Shown here piece by piece: positions 17,633 to 26,231 of a stretch of DNA of 64,000 nucleotides. Position numbers and translations under genes: made by a program. Below the pieces are notes generated by a model that saw nothing but the letters and a program-made list of their open reading frames with translations, had not been told where the DNA came from and made no database searches. Source of the stretch: Zeaxanthinibacter sp. (GTDB lineage: Bacteria; Bacteroidota; Bacteroidia; Flavobacteriales; Flavobacteriaceae); NCBI GenBank assembly GCA_041743975.1, contig JBGTLT010000162.1:12743-76742 (forward strand). Direction: 5' to 3'. Position 1 is the stretch's first letter; the number at the start of each line of letters is the position of its first letter.

Positions 17633-17768
17633 AAAAATGGGGAGACTCCAGAAGTGAACGGAGATTTTTCCGGGGCCTGAATGCCATTTATTTGTTAGGT
17701 TTAATTAGTTCTTTTAGCTGCATTCCATGACAGGGATGCAGCTAAATATTCTCAATTGTTTTTATAGT

Positions 17769-19142
17769 ATGTTGCAATTCACAAATAAGACAAAATTAGC
17801 AATCTTACCTTGCCTGTTGCTTTTTCTCAGCTGCAATACAGGCAAAAAGGATATTCAAAATAGTGATAACTCCCATTTTCAGGAGGCTTTAACTGATGAC
17901 GAAATTTTGGATTCAGTACAGCAACAAACCTTCAATTATTTCTGGGAGGGAGCAGAGCCCGTTTCCGGACTGGCACGGGAACGGATCCACATGGATAATA
18001 TCTACCCCAGCAATGACAAGGACATCATAACAACCGGTGGTTCCGGTTTTGGCCTGATGGCAATCCTTGCCGGGATAGAGCGTGGCTTCATCACGCGGGA
18101 ACAAGCCGTGGAGCGCTACGAACGCATCATCGGCTACCTTGAGAAAGCAGACCGCTTTCACGGAGCGTGGCCGCACTGGCTGAATGCTGATGGGGAAACG
18201 GTCCCGTTTAGTGCTAAGGACGATGGGGGCGACCTTGTGGAAACGGCCTTTCTCGTACAGGGGCTGCTAACGGTCAGGGAATACTTCTTGAATGGTTCTG
18301 AAAGGGAAAATCAACTTGCGGATAAAATCCAGTTGCTATGGGAAGGGGTTGAGTGGGACTGGTATACCAAAGGCGGGGAAAATGTGCTGTACTGGCATTG
18401 GTCACCCCGGTATGGCTGGGAAATGAATTTCCCTGTCGGGGGTTATAATGAGGCGCTCATCATGTATGTACTTGCGGCTGCATCCCCAACCCACCCCATC
18501 AGGAAGGAAGTGTATGAAAAAGGCTGGGCCCGGGACGGCGCGATTACCAGGGATACCACGGTCTATGGGCTTGAAACGGAACTGGACCACTATGAACATA
18601 ATGATCATGCTGTGGGCCCTTTGTTCTGGGCCCATTATTCCTACCTTGGGCTGGATCCCACAGGCCTGAAAGATCAATATGCCGACTATTGGAAACTCAA
18701 CTACCATCACGCCAGGATACAGTATGAACATGCCGTTCGGAACCCCGGGGATTTTGAGGGCTATGGGGAAGACTTATGGGGGCTCACCTCCAGCTATTCC
18801 ATGAAGGGGTATGCAGGACACCACCCGGACGAGGACCTGGGGGTGATCTCCCCCACGGCTGCTTTATCCTCAATGCCCTATACGCCAAAGGAGAGCATGC
18901 AATTTTTGCGGTATATGTATGAAAAACAGGATTCCCTCGTCGGCAAGTATGGACCCTATGATGCTTTTAGCCTTGAGAATAAATGGTATGTGCCGAGATA
19001 CCTTGCCATTGACCAGGGCCCCATTCCCGTAATGGTGGAAAATTACAGGACAGGATTGCTCTGGAAACTCTTTATGAAAAATAAGGACGTACAGAACGGA
19101 TTGAAAAAATTAAATTTTACCAGCCCATACCTGAAAAGCTGA
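17769..19142 (+). CDS. glucoamylase-family lipoprotein (PF10091-like, the family classified as GH144 endo-beta-1,2-glucanases)
   Basis: ATG at 17769 gives MLQFTNKTKLAILPCLLLFLSC, a lipobox. Motifs recalled from this family: TTGGSGFGLMA, FHGAWPHWLN, GGDLVETAFLVQGLL, GPLFWAHYSYLGLDP, YLAIDQGPIPVMVENYRTGLLW. Family assignment is from memory, not a search. Confidence 0.7.
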   Translation: MLQFTNKTKLAILPCLLLFLSCNTGKKDIQNSDNSHFQEALTDDEILDSVQQQTFNYFWEGAEPVSGLARERIHMDNIYPSNDKDIITTGGSGFGLMAILAGIERGFITREQAVERYERIIGYLEKADRFHGAWPHWLNADGETVPFSAKDDGGDLVETAFLVQGLLTVREYFLNGSERENQLADKIQLLWEGVEWDWYTKGGENVLYWHWSPRYGWEMNFPVGGYNEALIMYVLAAASPTHPIRKEVYEKGWARDGAITRDTTVYGLETELDHYEHNDHAVGPLFWAHYSYLGLDPTGLKDQYADYWKLNYHHARIQYEHAVRNPGDFEGYGEDLWGLTSSYSMKGYAGHHPDEDLGVISPTAALSSMPYTPKESMQFLRYMYEKQDSLVGKYGPYDAFSLENKWYVPRYLAIDQGPIPVMVENYRTGLLWKLFMKNKDVQNGLKKLNFTSPYLKS

Positions 19143-20515
19143 TGGCAAAAACCTTTTTCGCAATCATATGCCTGTTCCTGCTTCACTCATGCGGAAAGGA
19201 TGACCATATCTATACCCCCGTAGACATTCCGGATGATTCGCCAAAGCCACCCGCAGAGACCCCGGCAATAACCGATGCCGAACTGCTGGACCTGACACAG
19301 CGCGAAACGTTCCGGTATTTCTGGGATTATGCAGAAGTCAACTCGGGGTGTGCCAGGGAACGGTACCACCCTGGCGACCCAACCCGGGATGAGCAGGTGG
19401 TTACCACTGGGGGTACCGGTTTTGGATTGATGGCCTTGCTGGTAGGGATGGAAAGGGGCTATATTTCCCGGGAAGACGGAGTGGATCGCCTTGATAAAAT
19501 CCTTTCTTTTTTGGAAAATGCGGATCGTTTTCATGGTGCGTGGCCCCACTGGCTGAACGGGAGCAACGGGAAGGTAATCCCTTTCAGCAGCCTCGATAAC
19601 GGAGGCGACCTTGTAGAGACTGCTTTCCTGGTCCAGGGCCTGATCTGTATAAAGGAATATTTGCAACAGGGTACACCCGCCGAAACCCTGCTGGCCTCCA
19701 GGGCTGATGACCTTTGGAAAGGGGTTGATTGGGCCTGGTATACGCAGGGGCAGGAAGTCTTGTATTGGCACTGGAGCCCCGATCATGGTTTTGATCTCAA
19801 CCTCCAACTCAAAGGCTACAACGAGGTGTTGATTACCTATGTATTGGCTGCAGCATCACCTGATTTCAGTATCACAAAGGAGGTTTATGACACAGGATGG
19901 GCCTCTAATGGCGGTATGCTGTCGACCAATAGCCCGTATAATGTTCCCCTTTTAGTCCGGCACGCCGGATCTACGGAATATGGCGGTCCCTTGTTCTGGG
20001 CACATTATTCTTACCTGGGCCTTGATCCCCGGAACCTTGCAGACGAATTTGTTAATTATTGGGACGTGAACGTCAACCAGGCCCGGATCAACCTGGTATA
20101 TTGTATTGATAATCCTGAAGGTTATAAGGATTACGGGGAAAATTGCTGGGGCCTTACCGCCAGCTACACCCGGAATGAAGATGGGAGCCTGGGGTATGCC
20201 GCCCACCGGCCTGGAAATGATACCGGCGTCATATCACCGACTGCAGCTATAAGCTCCATCCCCTATACCCCCGACGCATCACTGAAAGCACTCCATTTTT
20301 TTTACGGACATAAAGACAAACTATTGGGTCCTGCGGGGTTTTATGATGCCTTTAGCCCGCAACATAATTATTGGGTAGCAGACGGCTACCTCGCCATTGA
20401 CCAGGGACCGGAGCTCATCATGATTGAAAATTACCGGACGGGATTGCTATGGGAACTGTTTATGGGCAACAAGGACGTTCAGTCCGGCCTTCTGAAATTG
20501 GGATTTACATATTAA
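19142..20515 (+). CDS. second glucoamylase-family (GH144-type) lipoprotein, tandem paralogue
   Basis: Lipobox LFLLHSC. Carries the same motif set as the upstream gene (TTGGTGFGLMA, FHGAWPHWLN, GGDLVETAFLVQGLI, GPLFWAHYSYLGLDP, YLAIDQGPELIMIENYRTGLLW). Its ATG overlaps the upstream TGA by 1 nt. Confidence 0.7.
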   Translation: MAKTFFAIICLFLLHSCGKDDHIYTPVDIPDDSPKPPAETPAITDAELLDLTQRETFRYFWDYAEVNSGCARERYHPGDPTRDEQVVTTGGTGFGLMALLVGMERGYISREDGVDRLDKILSFLENADRFHGAWPHWLNGSNGKVIPFSSLDNGGDLVETAFLVQGLICIKEYLQQGTPAETLLASRADDLWKGVDWAWYTQGQEVLYWHWSPDHGFDLNLQLKGYNEVLITYVLAAASPDFSITKEVYDTGWASNGGMLSTNSPYNVPLLVRHAGSTEYGGPLFWAHYSYLGLDPRNLADEFVNYWDVNVNQARINLVYCIDNPEGYKDYGENCWGLTASYTRNEDGSLGYAAHRPGNDTGVISPTAAISSIPYTPDASLKALHFFYGHKDKLLGPAGFYDAFSPQHNYWVADGYLAIDQGPELIMIENYRTGLLWELFMGNKDVQSGLLKLGFTY

Positions 20516-20525
20516 GTTGTATTTT

Positions 20526-20617
20526 CATCAAACGAATTCCCCGGGGCTTTTGCCCCGGGACACCTATCCTCTGGAGAAGTCGAAACCACTAAGGCGGTTT
20601 CGGGGGAGGAGAAATTC
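20526..20617 (+). repeat. copy A of a structured intergenic repeat of about 90 nt
   Basis: Matches the reverse complement of 50942..51030. Contains hairpins ccggggc-tttt-gccccgg (20541..20558) and cgaaacc...ggtttcg (20581..20602). Confidence 0.7.
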
Positions 20618-20666
20618 ATTATTCCCGGAAAATGCATCGGAATAAACCTGGATTAATCGTATTAAA

Positions 20667-22436
20667 TTGCAGAGAATTACCGCCTTTTTAGCACTGCTTG
20701 GTTTGTTTTTGCAGCCCTCGTTTTCTGTGGGACAACAAGCGCAAAAGACGTTTTGCAACCCCATTAACATTGATTACGGTTATACCCCAATACCTAATTT
20801 CTCAACCCAGGGCAGGCACCGTGCCACAGCGGATCCGGTAATTGTAACCTTCAAAGGGAATTATTTCCTGTTTTCAACCAACCAATGGGGATATTGGTGG
20901 AGCAGCGATATGCTGGCCTGGAATTTTATCCCCCGGAAATTCCTGCTCGAACAGCACAAGGTCTATGACGAACTATGTGCACCTGCAGCGTTTGTGATGA
21001 AGGATGAATTGTATGTCATCGGTTCAACCCATGGGCCTTCCTTCCCCATCTGGAAAAGCAGTAATCCTACGGTTGATGATTGGACCATCGCTGTGGATTC
21101 CCTCAAGGTAGGGGCCTGGGATCCCGCTTTTCTGTATGATGATGAAAAGGAAAAACTATACCTCTACTGGGGCTCCAGCAATGAGTTTCCAATACTGGGA
21201 AGTGAGATAAACATCCAGACAATGCAGTCCGAAGGGTTTACCAAACCCATAATATCGCTGCACCCTGAAGACCATGGCTGGGAACGATTCGGGGAATACA
21301 ATGACAACACCTTCCTTCAGCCTTTTATGGAGGGTGCCTGGGTAACACTTTACAATGGTAAATACTATATGCAATACGGGGCGCCGGCCACTGAATTCAG
21401 CGGGTATGCCGACGGCGTATACGTAAGTAACCAACCCCTGGAGGGCTTTGTGTATCAATCCCATAACCCATTTTCATATAAACCAGGAGGTTTTGCCAGG
21501 GGAGCCGGCCATGGGGCCACTTACCAGGACAATTTTGGCAATTGGTGGCACGTTTCAACGATAGTCCTGGGCGTTAAAAATAGTTTTGAGCGAAGGATAG
21601 GGATCTGGCCGGCCGGTTTTGATGCCGAAGGGACCCTCTATTGCAATACGGCATATGGAGACTATCCTACCTACCTGCCTACCGGGGATGCTGACCATCG
21701 CAAAGGGCTCTTTACGGGCTGGATGTTATTGAATTACAATAAACCTGTACAGGTTTCCTCCACCCTGGGCGGGTTTCAACCTAATTTTGCCGTGGATGAG
21801 GACCTGAAAACATACTGGTCTGCGAAAACCGGTGTGAAAGGTGAATGGTTTCAGACAGACCTGGGCGAAATCAGCACCATCCATGCCATACAGGTAAATT
21901 ATGCGGACCAGGATGCAGAATTCCTGGGCAAGAGCCATGGGGCATACCACCAGTATAAAATATTCGGATCAGATGATGAAAGGTCCTGGGATCTCCTGAT
22001 TGATAAGAGCCGAAACAAGACCGATGTCCCACATGATTATATTGTACTTGAGAAAACCGTACAGGCGCGGTACCTCAGGATGGAAAATATAAAAATGCCA
22101 ACCGGAAAATTTGCAATAAGCGGGTTTCGGGTATTTGGAAAGGCCGATGGGGAATCACCGCCTTCCGTACAGGATTTTATTGCCCTCAGGGCCAGCCCTG
22201 AGAAATATGGGGAACGGCGCAGTGCCTGGCTTAAATGGGAGGTGAACGATAGCGCGGATGGCTATGTCATCTATTTCGGGAAATCCCCTGGCAAGCTGTA
22301 TGGTAGCATTATGGTATATGGAAAGAACGATTATTTTTTCACAGGAATGGACAGGACTGACCCCTATTATTTTCAAATAGAAGCATTTAACGCCAATGGC
22401 ATTTCCGAAAGGACACCCGAGATCAGGGTGGAATAA
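20667..22436 (+). CDS. GH43-like five-bladed beta-propeller glycoside hydrolase with F5/8 type C (discoidin/CBM32-like) and C-terminal FN3-like domains
   Basis: Signal peptide. RHRATADPVIVTFKGNYFLFST and FMEGAWV are GH43-type catalytic-region motifs. The central FAVDEDLKTYWSAK...ARYLRMENI region is discoidin-like. The start is a TTG with no in-frame ATG near the signal peptide. Confidence 0.72.
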   Translation: MQRITAFLALLGLFLQPSFSVGQQAQKTFCNPINIDYGYTPIPNFSTQGRHRATADPVIVTFKGNYFLFSTNQWGYWWSSDMLAWNFIPRKFLLEQHKVYDELCAPAAFVMKDELYVIGSTHGPSFPIWKSSNPTVDDWTIAVDSLKVGAWDPAFLYDDEKEKLYLYWGSSNEFPILGSEINIQTMQSEGFTKPIISLHPEDHGWERFGEYNDNTFLQPFMEGAWVTLYNGKYYMQYGAPATEFSGYADGVYVSNQPLEGFVYQSHNPFSYKPGGFARGAGHGATYQDNFGNWWHVSTIVLGVKNSFERRIGIWPAGFDAEGTLYCNTAYGDYPTYLPTGDADHRKGLFTGWMLLNYNKPVQVSSTLGGFQPNFAVDEDLKTYWSAKTGVKGEWFQTDLGEISTIHAIQVNYADQDAEFLGKSHGAYHQYKIFGSDDERSWDLLIDKSRNKTDVPHDYIVLEKTVQARYLRMENIKMPTGKFAISGFRVFGKADGESPPSVQDFIALRASPEKYGERRSAWLKWEVNDSADGYVIYFGKSPGKLYGSIMVYGKNDYFFTGMDRTDPYYFQIEAFNANGISERTPEIRVE

Positions 22437-22447
22437 ATGGACTTAAA

Positions 22448-23659
22448 ATGAAGTTGATATCGAATTTACATTGTTTTGCCCTTGCAGCCATGCTTTTCGG
22501 AGTGTATGGATGGCCGCAGCATCAGACTATTCCCGGGAAATGGTATAAAGGTAACCTGCACGCCCACTCCTATTGGAGTGACGGAGATGAATTTCCGGAA
22601 GTCATCATGGACTGGTACCAGTCCAATGGTTATAATTTTACCGTACTATCAGACCATAATACCTTGGCCGAAGGCGATAAATGGGTTGTAATAGGCGATC
22701 GTAAATACCTGCAGGATGGTTTTAAGGCCTACCTGAAAAAATATGGGGATTCCTGGGTTGTCCACCGCCGGGACAGTGCAGGCAGGATAGAAGTGAAACT
22801 GAAAACCCTGGCGGAATACAACCCCCTCTTTGAAAAGTACAGTGATTTTTTAATTATCCGGTCCGAGGAAGTAACCACCGGTTACGAAGACCGGCCAATA
22901 CATATCAATGCTACCAATATACAGCAGCTTATAACTCCCGAAACAGGTGAAAATAAGGTGCAGATCATCCAGAATAATATCAATGCCATTTTAAAACAAA
23001 GGCGGGAACTCAGCACCCCCATTATGCCCCATATCAACCATCCCAATTTTCAATATGGCATTGATGTGTCCGATTTTGTACAATTGAAAGGGGTGCAATT
23101 TTTTGAAGTATACAACGGTCATCCCCTGGTGAACAATACCGGGGATTCAACCCACCTTGGCACAGAGGCTATGTGGGATACAATCAATATTGCCTACCTC
23201 AAAAAAGGACAACCGTTATTGTATGGTATTGCCACAGATGACAGCCACCAATACCACCAGTTTGGCAAGCAATACAGCAATGCAGGCAGGGGATGGGTCA
23301 TGGTCCGCGCTGAGAGCCTTACTTCCCCCGACCTGATTGCGGCAATGGAAGCGGGCGAATTCTATGCTTCCACGGGGGTCAGGCTCAAAACCCTGGAATA
23401 TAGGGATAACCTAATGTCTGTCGGGGTTATCCCGGAGCCGGGGGTATCCTACAATATTGAAATTATAGGGGTGGACAGGGTCAGCGGGAAATCCAGGGTA
23501 CTCCACTCAGTGAAAGGCAATAGTGCATCCTTTGCCGTAACGGCCGATTTTCTTTTCGTTAGGGTCAGGATCACATCAGACCGAACGAATAAAAACTTTT
23601 TTGACGAGTCGGAATATGAAAAGGCCTGGACACAACCGGTTTCGTATAAAATCAAGTAA
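22448..23659 (+). CDS. exported PHP-domain metal-dependent phosphoesterase (CehA/McbA-like)
   Basis: Signal-like N-terminus followed by GNLHAHSYWSDGDEFPE...FTVLSDHN, a PHP-type His/Asp metal-ligand motif. Confidence 0.62.
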   Translation: MKLISNLHCFALAAMLFGVYGWPQHQTIPGKWYKGNLHAHSYWSDGDEFPEVIMDWYQSNGYNFTVLSDHNTLAEGDKWVVIGDRKYLQDGFKAYLKKYGDSWVVHRRDSAGRIEVKLKTLAEYNPLFEKYSDFLIIRSEEVTTGYEDRPIHINATNIQQLITPETGENKVQIIQNNINAILKQRRELSTPIMPHINHPNFQYGIDVSDFVQLKGVQFFEVYNGHPLVNNTGDSTHLGTEAMWDTINIAYLKKGQPLLYGIATDDSHQYHQFGKQYSNAGRGWVMVRAESLTSPDLIAAMEAGEFYASTGVRLKTLEYRDNLMSVGVIPEPGVSYNIEIIGVDRVSGKSRVLHSVKGNSASFAVTADFLFVRVRITSDRTNKNFFDESEYEKAWTQPVSYKIK

Positions 23660-23749
23660 TGGAGGCTCAGCTGGGATGCTGCCCTAAAGTTTGAAGTTGA
23701 TGATTCCGATAGTAGCCCGTTTCCCTTGTCAGATTAAACAGCATTTACC

Positions 23750-25375
23750 ATGATCCGAACCACTACCTTCCTGTTCCTGTTACTGCTCGGGGCGATGGGA
23801 TGTAAAGATCAGCAGGCCTCCAAACCAGCATCTTCCCCTCCCAATATTGTTTTTATCATGGCCGATGACCATGCCTTCCAGGCCATAAGTGCCTATGGCC
23901 ATCTCCTGGGTAAACTTGCCCCCACCCCCAATATTGACCGGATTGCAAAGAATGGCGCCCTTTTCACCCATAGTTTTTGCACCAATTCAATCTGTGGTCC
24001 GAGCAGGGCCGTGATCCTCACCGGAAAGCATTCCCATATCAATGGGTTCAGAATGAACGGGGACCGGTTCAACGGGGATCAGCCTACACTCCCGAAGTAC
24101 CTGCAGAAAATAGGGTATCAGACGGCTTTGGTTGGCAAATGGCATCTGTACGGGGAACCAACAGGTTTTGATTACTGGGATATCCTCGATGACCAGGGAA
24201 CCTATTACAATCCCCGGTTCATCCATGATTCCGATACAACGATCGTTAATGGCTACACTACCGATATCATTGCCGAAAAGGGGATTGGATGGCTGCAACA
24301 ACTTAGCAACGCAGGGCAACCTTTCTTTCTTATGCTCCATCATAAGGCCCCCCATAGGAACTGGATGCCCGCCCTGCGGCATATAAACCGTTTTGATTCC
24401 ATCACATTTCCATTGCCCGATAGCTATTTTCCGGATTTTAAGAACCAGCAGGCCGCTATGGAACAAGAGCAGACCATCTACAAGGATTTGTATGAAGGAT
24501 ATGATCTGAAAATGACAACCGGCTTGGGTACTTCAGAATTGGCCCATAGCCCCTGGAAAGCCGATTTTGAAAGGATGACCCGGGAACAGCGCGAATCATG
24601 GGACAATGGCTACCGGGAAAAGAACGATGCCTTCCACAAGGCCCGTTTAAAAGGGAAAGACCTTGCTGTCTGGAAGGGCCAGCGCTACCTGCAGGATTAC
24701 CTGGCAACGATTGTGGCCGTGGATGAGAGTGTGGGCAGGGTCCTGGATTACCTGGAGGAGAACGGCCTGAGTGATAACACCCTGGTGGTATATACTTCAG
24801 ACCAGGGTTTTTACCTGGGTGAAAACGGCTGGTTCGACAAGCGCTTTATGTATGAGGAATCCCTGAGGATGCCGTTGCTGATGCAGTTACCAGGCGTGAT
24901 AGGACCCGGCAGCACTATTGATGCCATGGTGCAGAACCTGGATTTTGCCCAGACCTTCCTGGAGCTTGCCGGCGGTAGTGAATATACGGATGGGATGCAG
25001 GGAAGATCCTTTAAGGGCCTGTTGGACGGAAGTATGGACCCTGGAAATTTCAGGGATGTGGTGTACTATCATTATTATGATTTCCCTGCCTTCCACATGG
25101 TTAAAAAACACTATGGGATTAGGACCAAAAGATATAAATTGATACATTTCTATGATGATAATGACGCATGGGAATTTTATGACCTGGAAGAAGATCCCGA
25201 AGAAAAGCAGAATGCTATTTCGGATGCCCGCTATGCAGAAAGTATTGCTGCAATGCACCGGAATTTGGACAGTATTCAAAAGGAATACGGTGTTACTGCC
25301 AAAGAATTTGAAAGGGCGCCCAGGGAAAAAGTTGAGCAGGCATATAAGGACTTTAAAAGGTTAAGGGGGAATTAA
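23750..25375 (+). CDS. formylglycine-dependent sulfatase (S1 family) lipoprotein
   Basis: Lipobox LLLGAMGC. PNIVFIMADDH followed by the sulfatase signature C-x-P-S-R (SICGPSRAVILTGK). The Cys codon is at 23993..23995. The C-terminal WEFYDLEEDPEE motif is common in this family. Confidence 0.9.
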   Translation: MIRTTTFLFLLLLGAMGCKDQQASKPASSPPNIVFIMADDHAFQAISAYGHLLGKLAPTPNIDRIAKNGALFTHSFCTNSICGPSRAVILTGKHSHINGFRMNGDRFNGDQPTLPKYLQKIGYQTALVGKWHLYGEPTGFDYWDILDDQGTYYNPRFIHDSDTTIVNGYTTDIIAEKGIGWLQQLSNAGQPFFLMLHHKAPHRNWMPALRHINRFDSITFPLPDSYFPDFKNQQAAMEQEQTIYKDLYEGYDLKMTTGLGTSELAHSPWKADFERMTREQRESWDNGYREKNDAFHKARLKGKDLAVWKGQRYLQDYLATIVAVDESVGRVLDYLEENGLSDNTLVVYTSDQGFYLGENGWFDKRFMYEESLRMPLLMQLPGVIGPGSTIDAMVQNLDFAQTFLELAGGSEYTDGMQGRSFKGLLDGSMDPGNFRDVVYYHYYDFPAFHMVKKHYGIRTKRYKLIHFYDDNDAWEFYDLEEDPEEKQNAISDARYAESIAAMHRNLDSIQKEYGVTAKEFERAPREKVEQAYKDFKRLRGN

Positions 25376-25380
25376 ATCTT

Positions 25381-26217
25381 ATGAAAAATTCACTGATTTT
25401 TTTTGTGCTGCTTTGCAACCTGTCTTTACTTACCGGGCAGGAATTGAATGTACTCACCTATAACATCCGGTATGACAACCCGGAGGACGGCCTTAATAAC
25501 TGGGAGAACAGGAAAGGATTCCTGATTTCCCAATTGAATTTTTATGAACCCGGGATATTCGGGACACAGGAAGCGCTATTCCATCAGCTCACAGCTATCA
25601 AAGAAGGGATGCCAGGCTATGCCTATATTGGAAAAGGAAGGGATGACGGGGCAGAAGCCGGGGAATTTTCAGCCATCTTCTATAATACAAAGACATTGGA
25701 TTTACTGCAGGAAGGTATGTTCTGGCTTTCTGAAACTCCTGAAATACCCTCTAAAGGATGGGATGCCGCCATTAAAAGGGTATGTACCTACGGCCTTTTT
25801 AAAACCCCGGGGGAACCATCAGGCTTTTGGGTGTTCAATACCCATTTTGACCATATCGGGGAAGTTGCGCGGGCGGAAAGCGTTGCCTTGATCTTAAAAA
25901 AGATAGGTGAAATCAACAGCCAGGGTTTGCCGGTGATCCTTATGGGGGATCTCAATCTCGAACCCGGGCATACGGCGATCCGGGCATTAACAGCAAAAAT
26001 GGACGATACCCGGGTTATTGCCGGCAAAAAGGCTTTTGGACCGGAAGGCACCTTCAATGGGTTTCAGTTTCAGGAGCCCGTTACGCGCAGGATCGATTAC
26101 ATCTTTATATCAGACGGGGATTTTTCAGTAGTGAAGTATGCCGTCCTGAGCGATTCCATGGATTGCAGGTACCCCTCAGACCACCTCCCGGTCTATGCCC
26201 GGTTGCAATTTAAATAA
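25381..26217 (+). CDS. exported endonuclease/exonuclease/phosphatase (EEP) family protein
   Basis: Signal peptide. LNVLTYNIRYDN near the N-terminus and the terminal SDHLPV motif are characteristic of the EEP fold. Confidence 0.85.
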   Translation: MKNSLIFFVLLCNLSLLTGQELNVLTYNIRYDNPEDGLNNWENRKGFLISQLNFYEPGIFGTQEALFHQLTAIKEGMPGYAYIGKGRDDGAEAGEFSAIFYNTKTLDLLQEGMFWLSETPEIPSKGWDAAIKRVCTYGLFKTPGEPSGFWVFNTHFDHIGEVARAESVALILKKIGEINSQGLPVILMGDLNLEPGHTAIRALTAKMDDTRVIAGKKAFGPEGTFNGFQFQEPVTRRIDYIFISDGDFSVVKYAVLSDSMDCRYPSDHLPVYARLQFK

Positions 26218-26231
26218 TAGGGCTGCCTGGA

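Noticed and set aside
19187-19807. 206-aa ORF antisense to the second GH144-type gene
   Set aside because: Pro/Gly-rich and low in information. It lies entirely inside a strongly supported sense gene, so it is a typical shadow ORF. The same reasoning applies to 58413..59075 (antisense to recJ), 53996..54565 (rsmI), 33241..33801 (GCS2), 40165..40674 (accB), 27421..27924 (SSS) and 23987..24466 (sulfatase).
20564-20770. 68-aa minus-strand ORF spanning the GH144/GH43 spacer
   Set aside because: It runs through the repeat element and into the GH43 signal-peptide region on the opposite strand. It has no plausible protein features.
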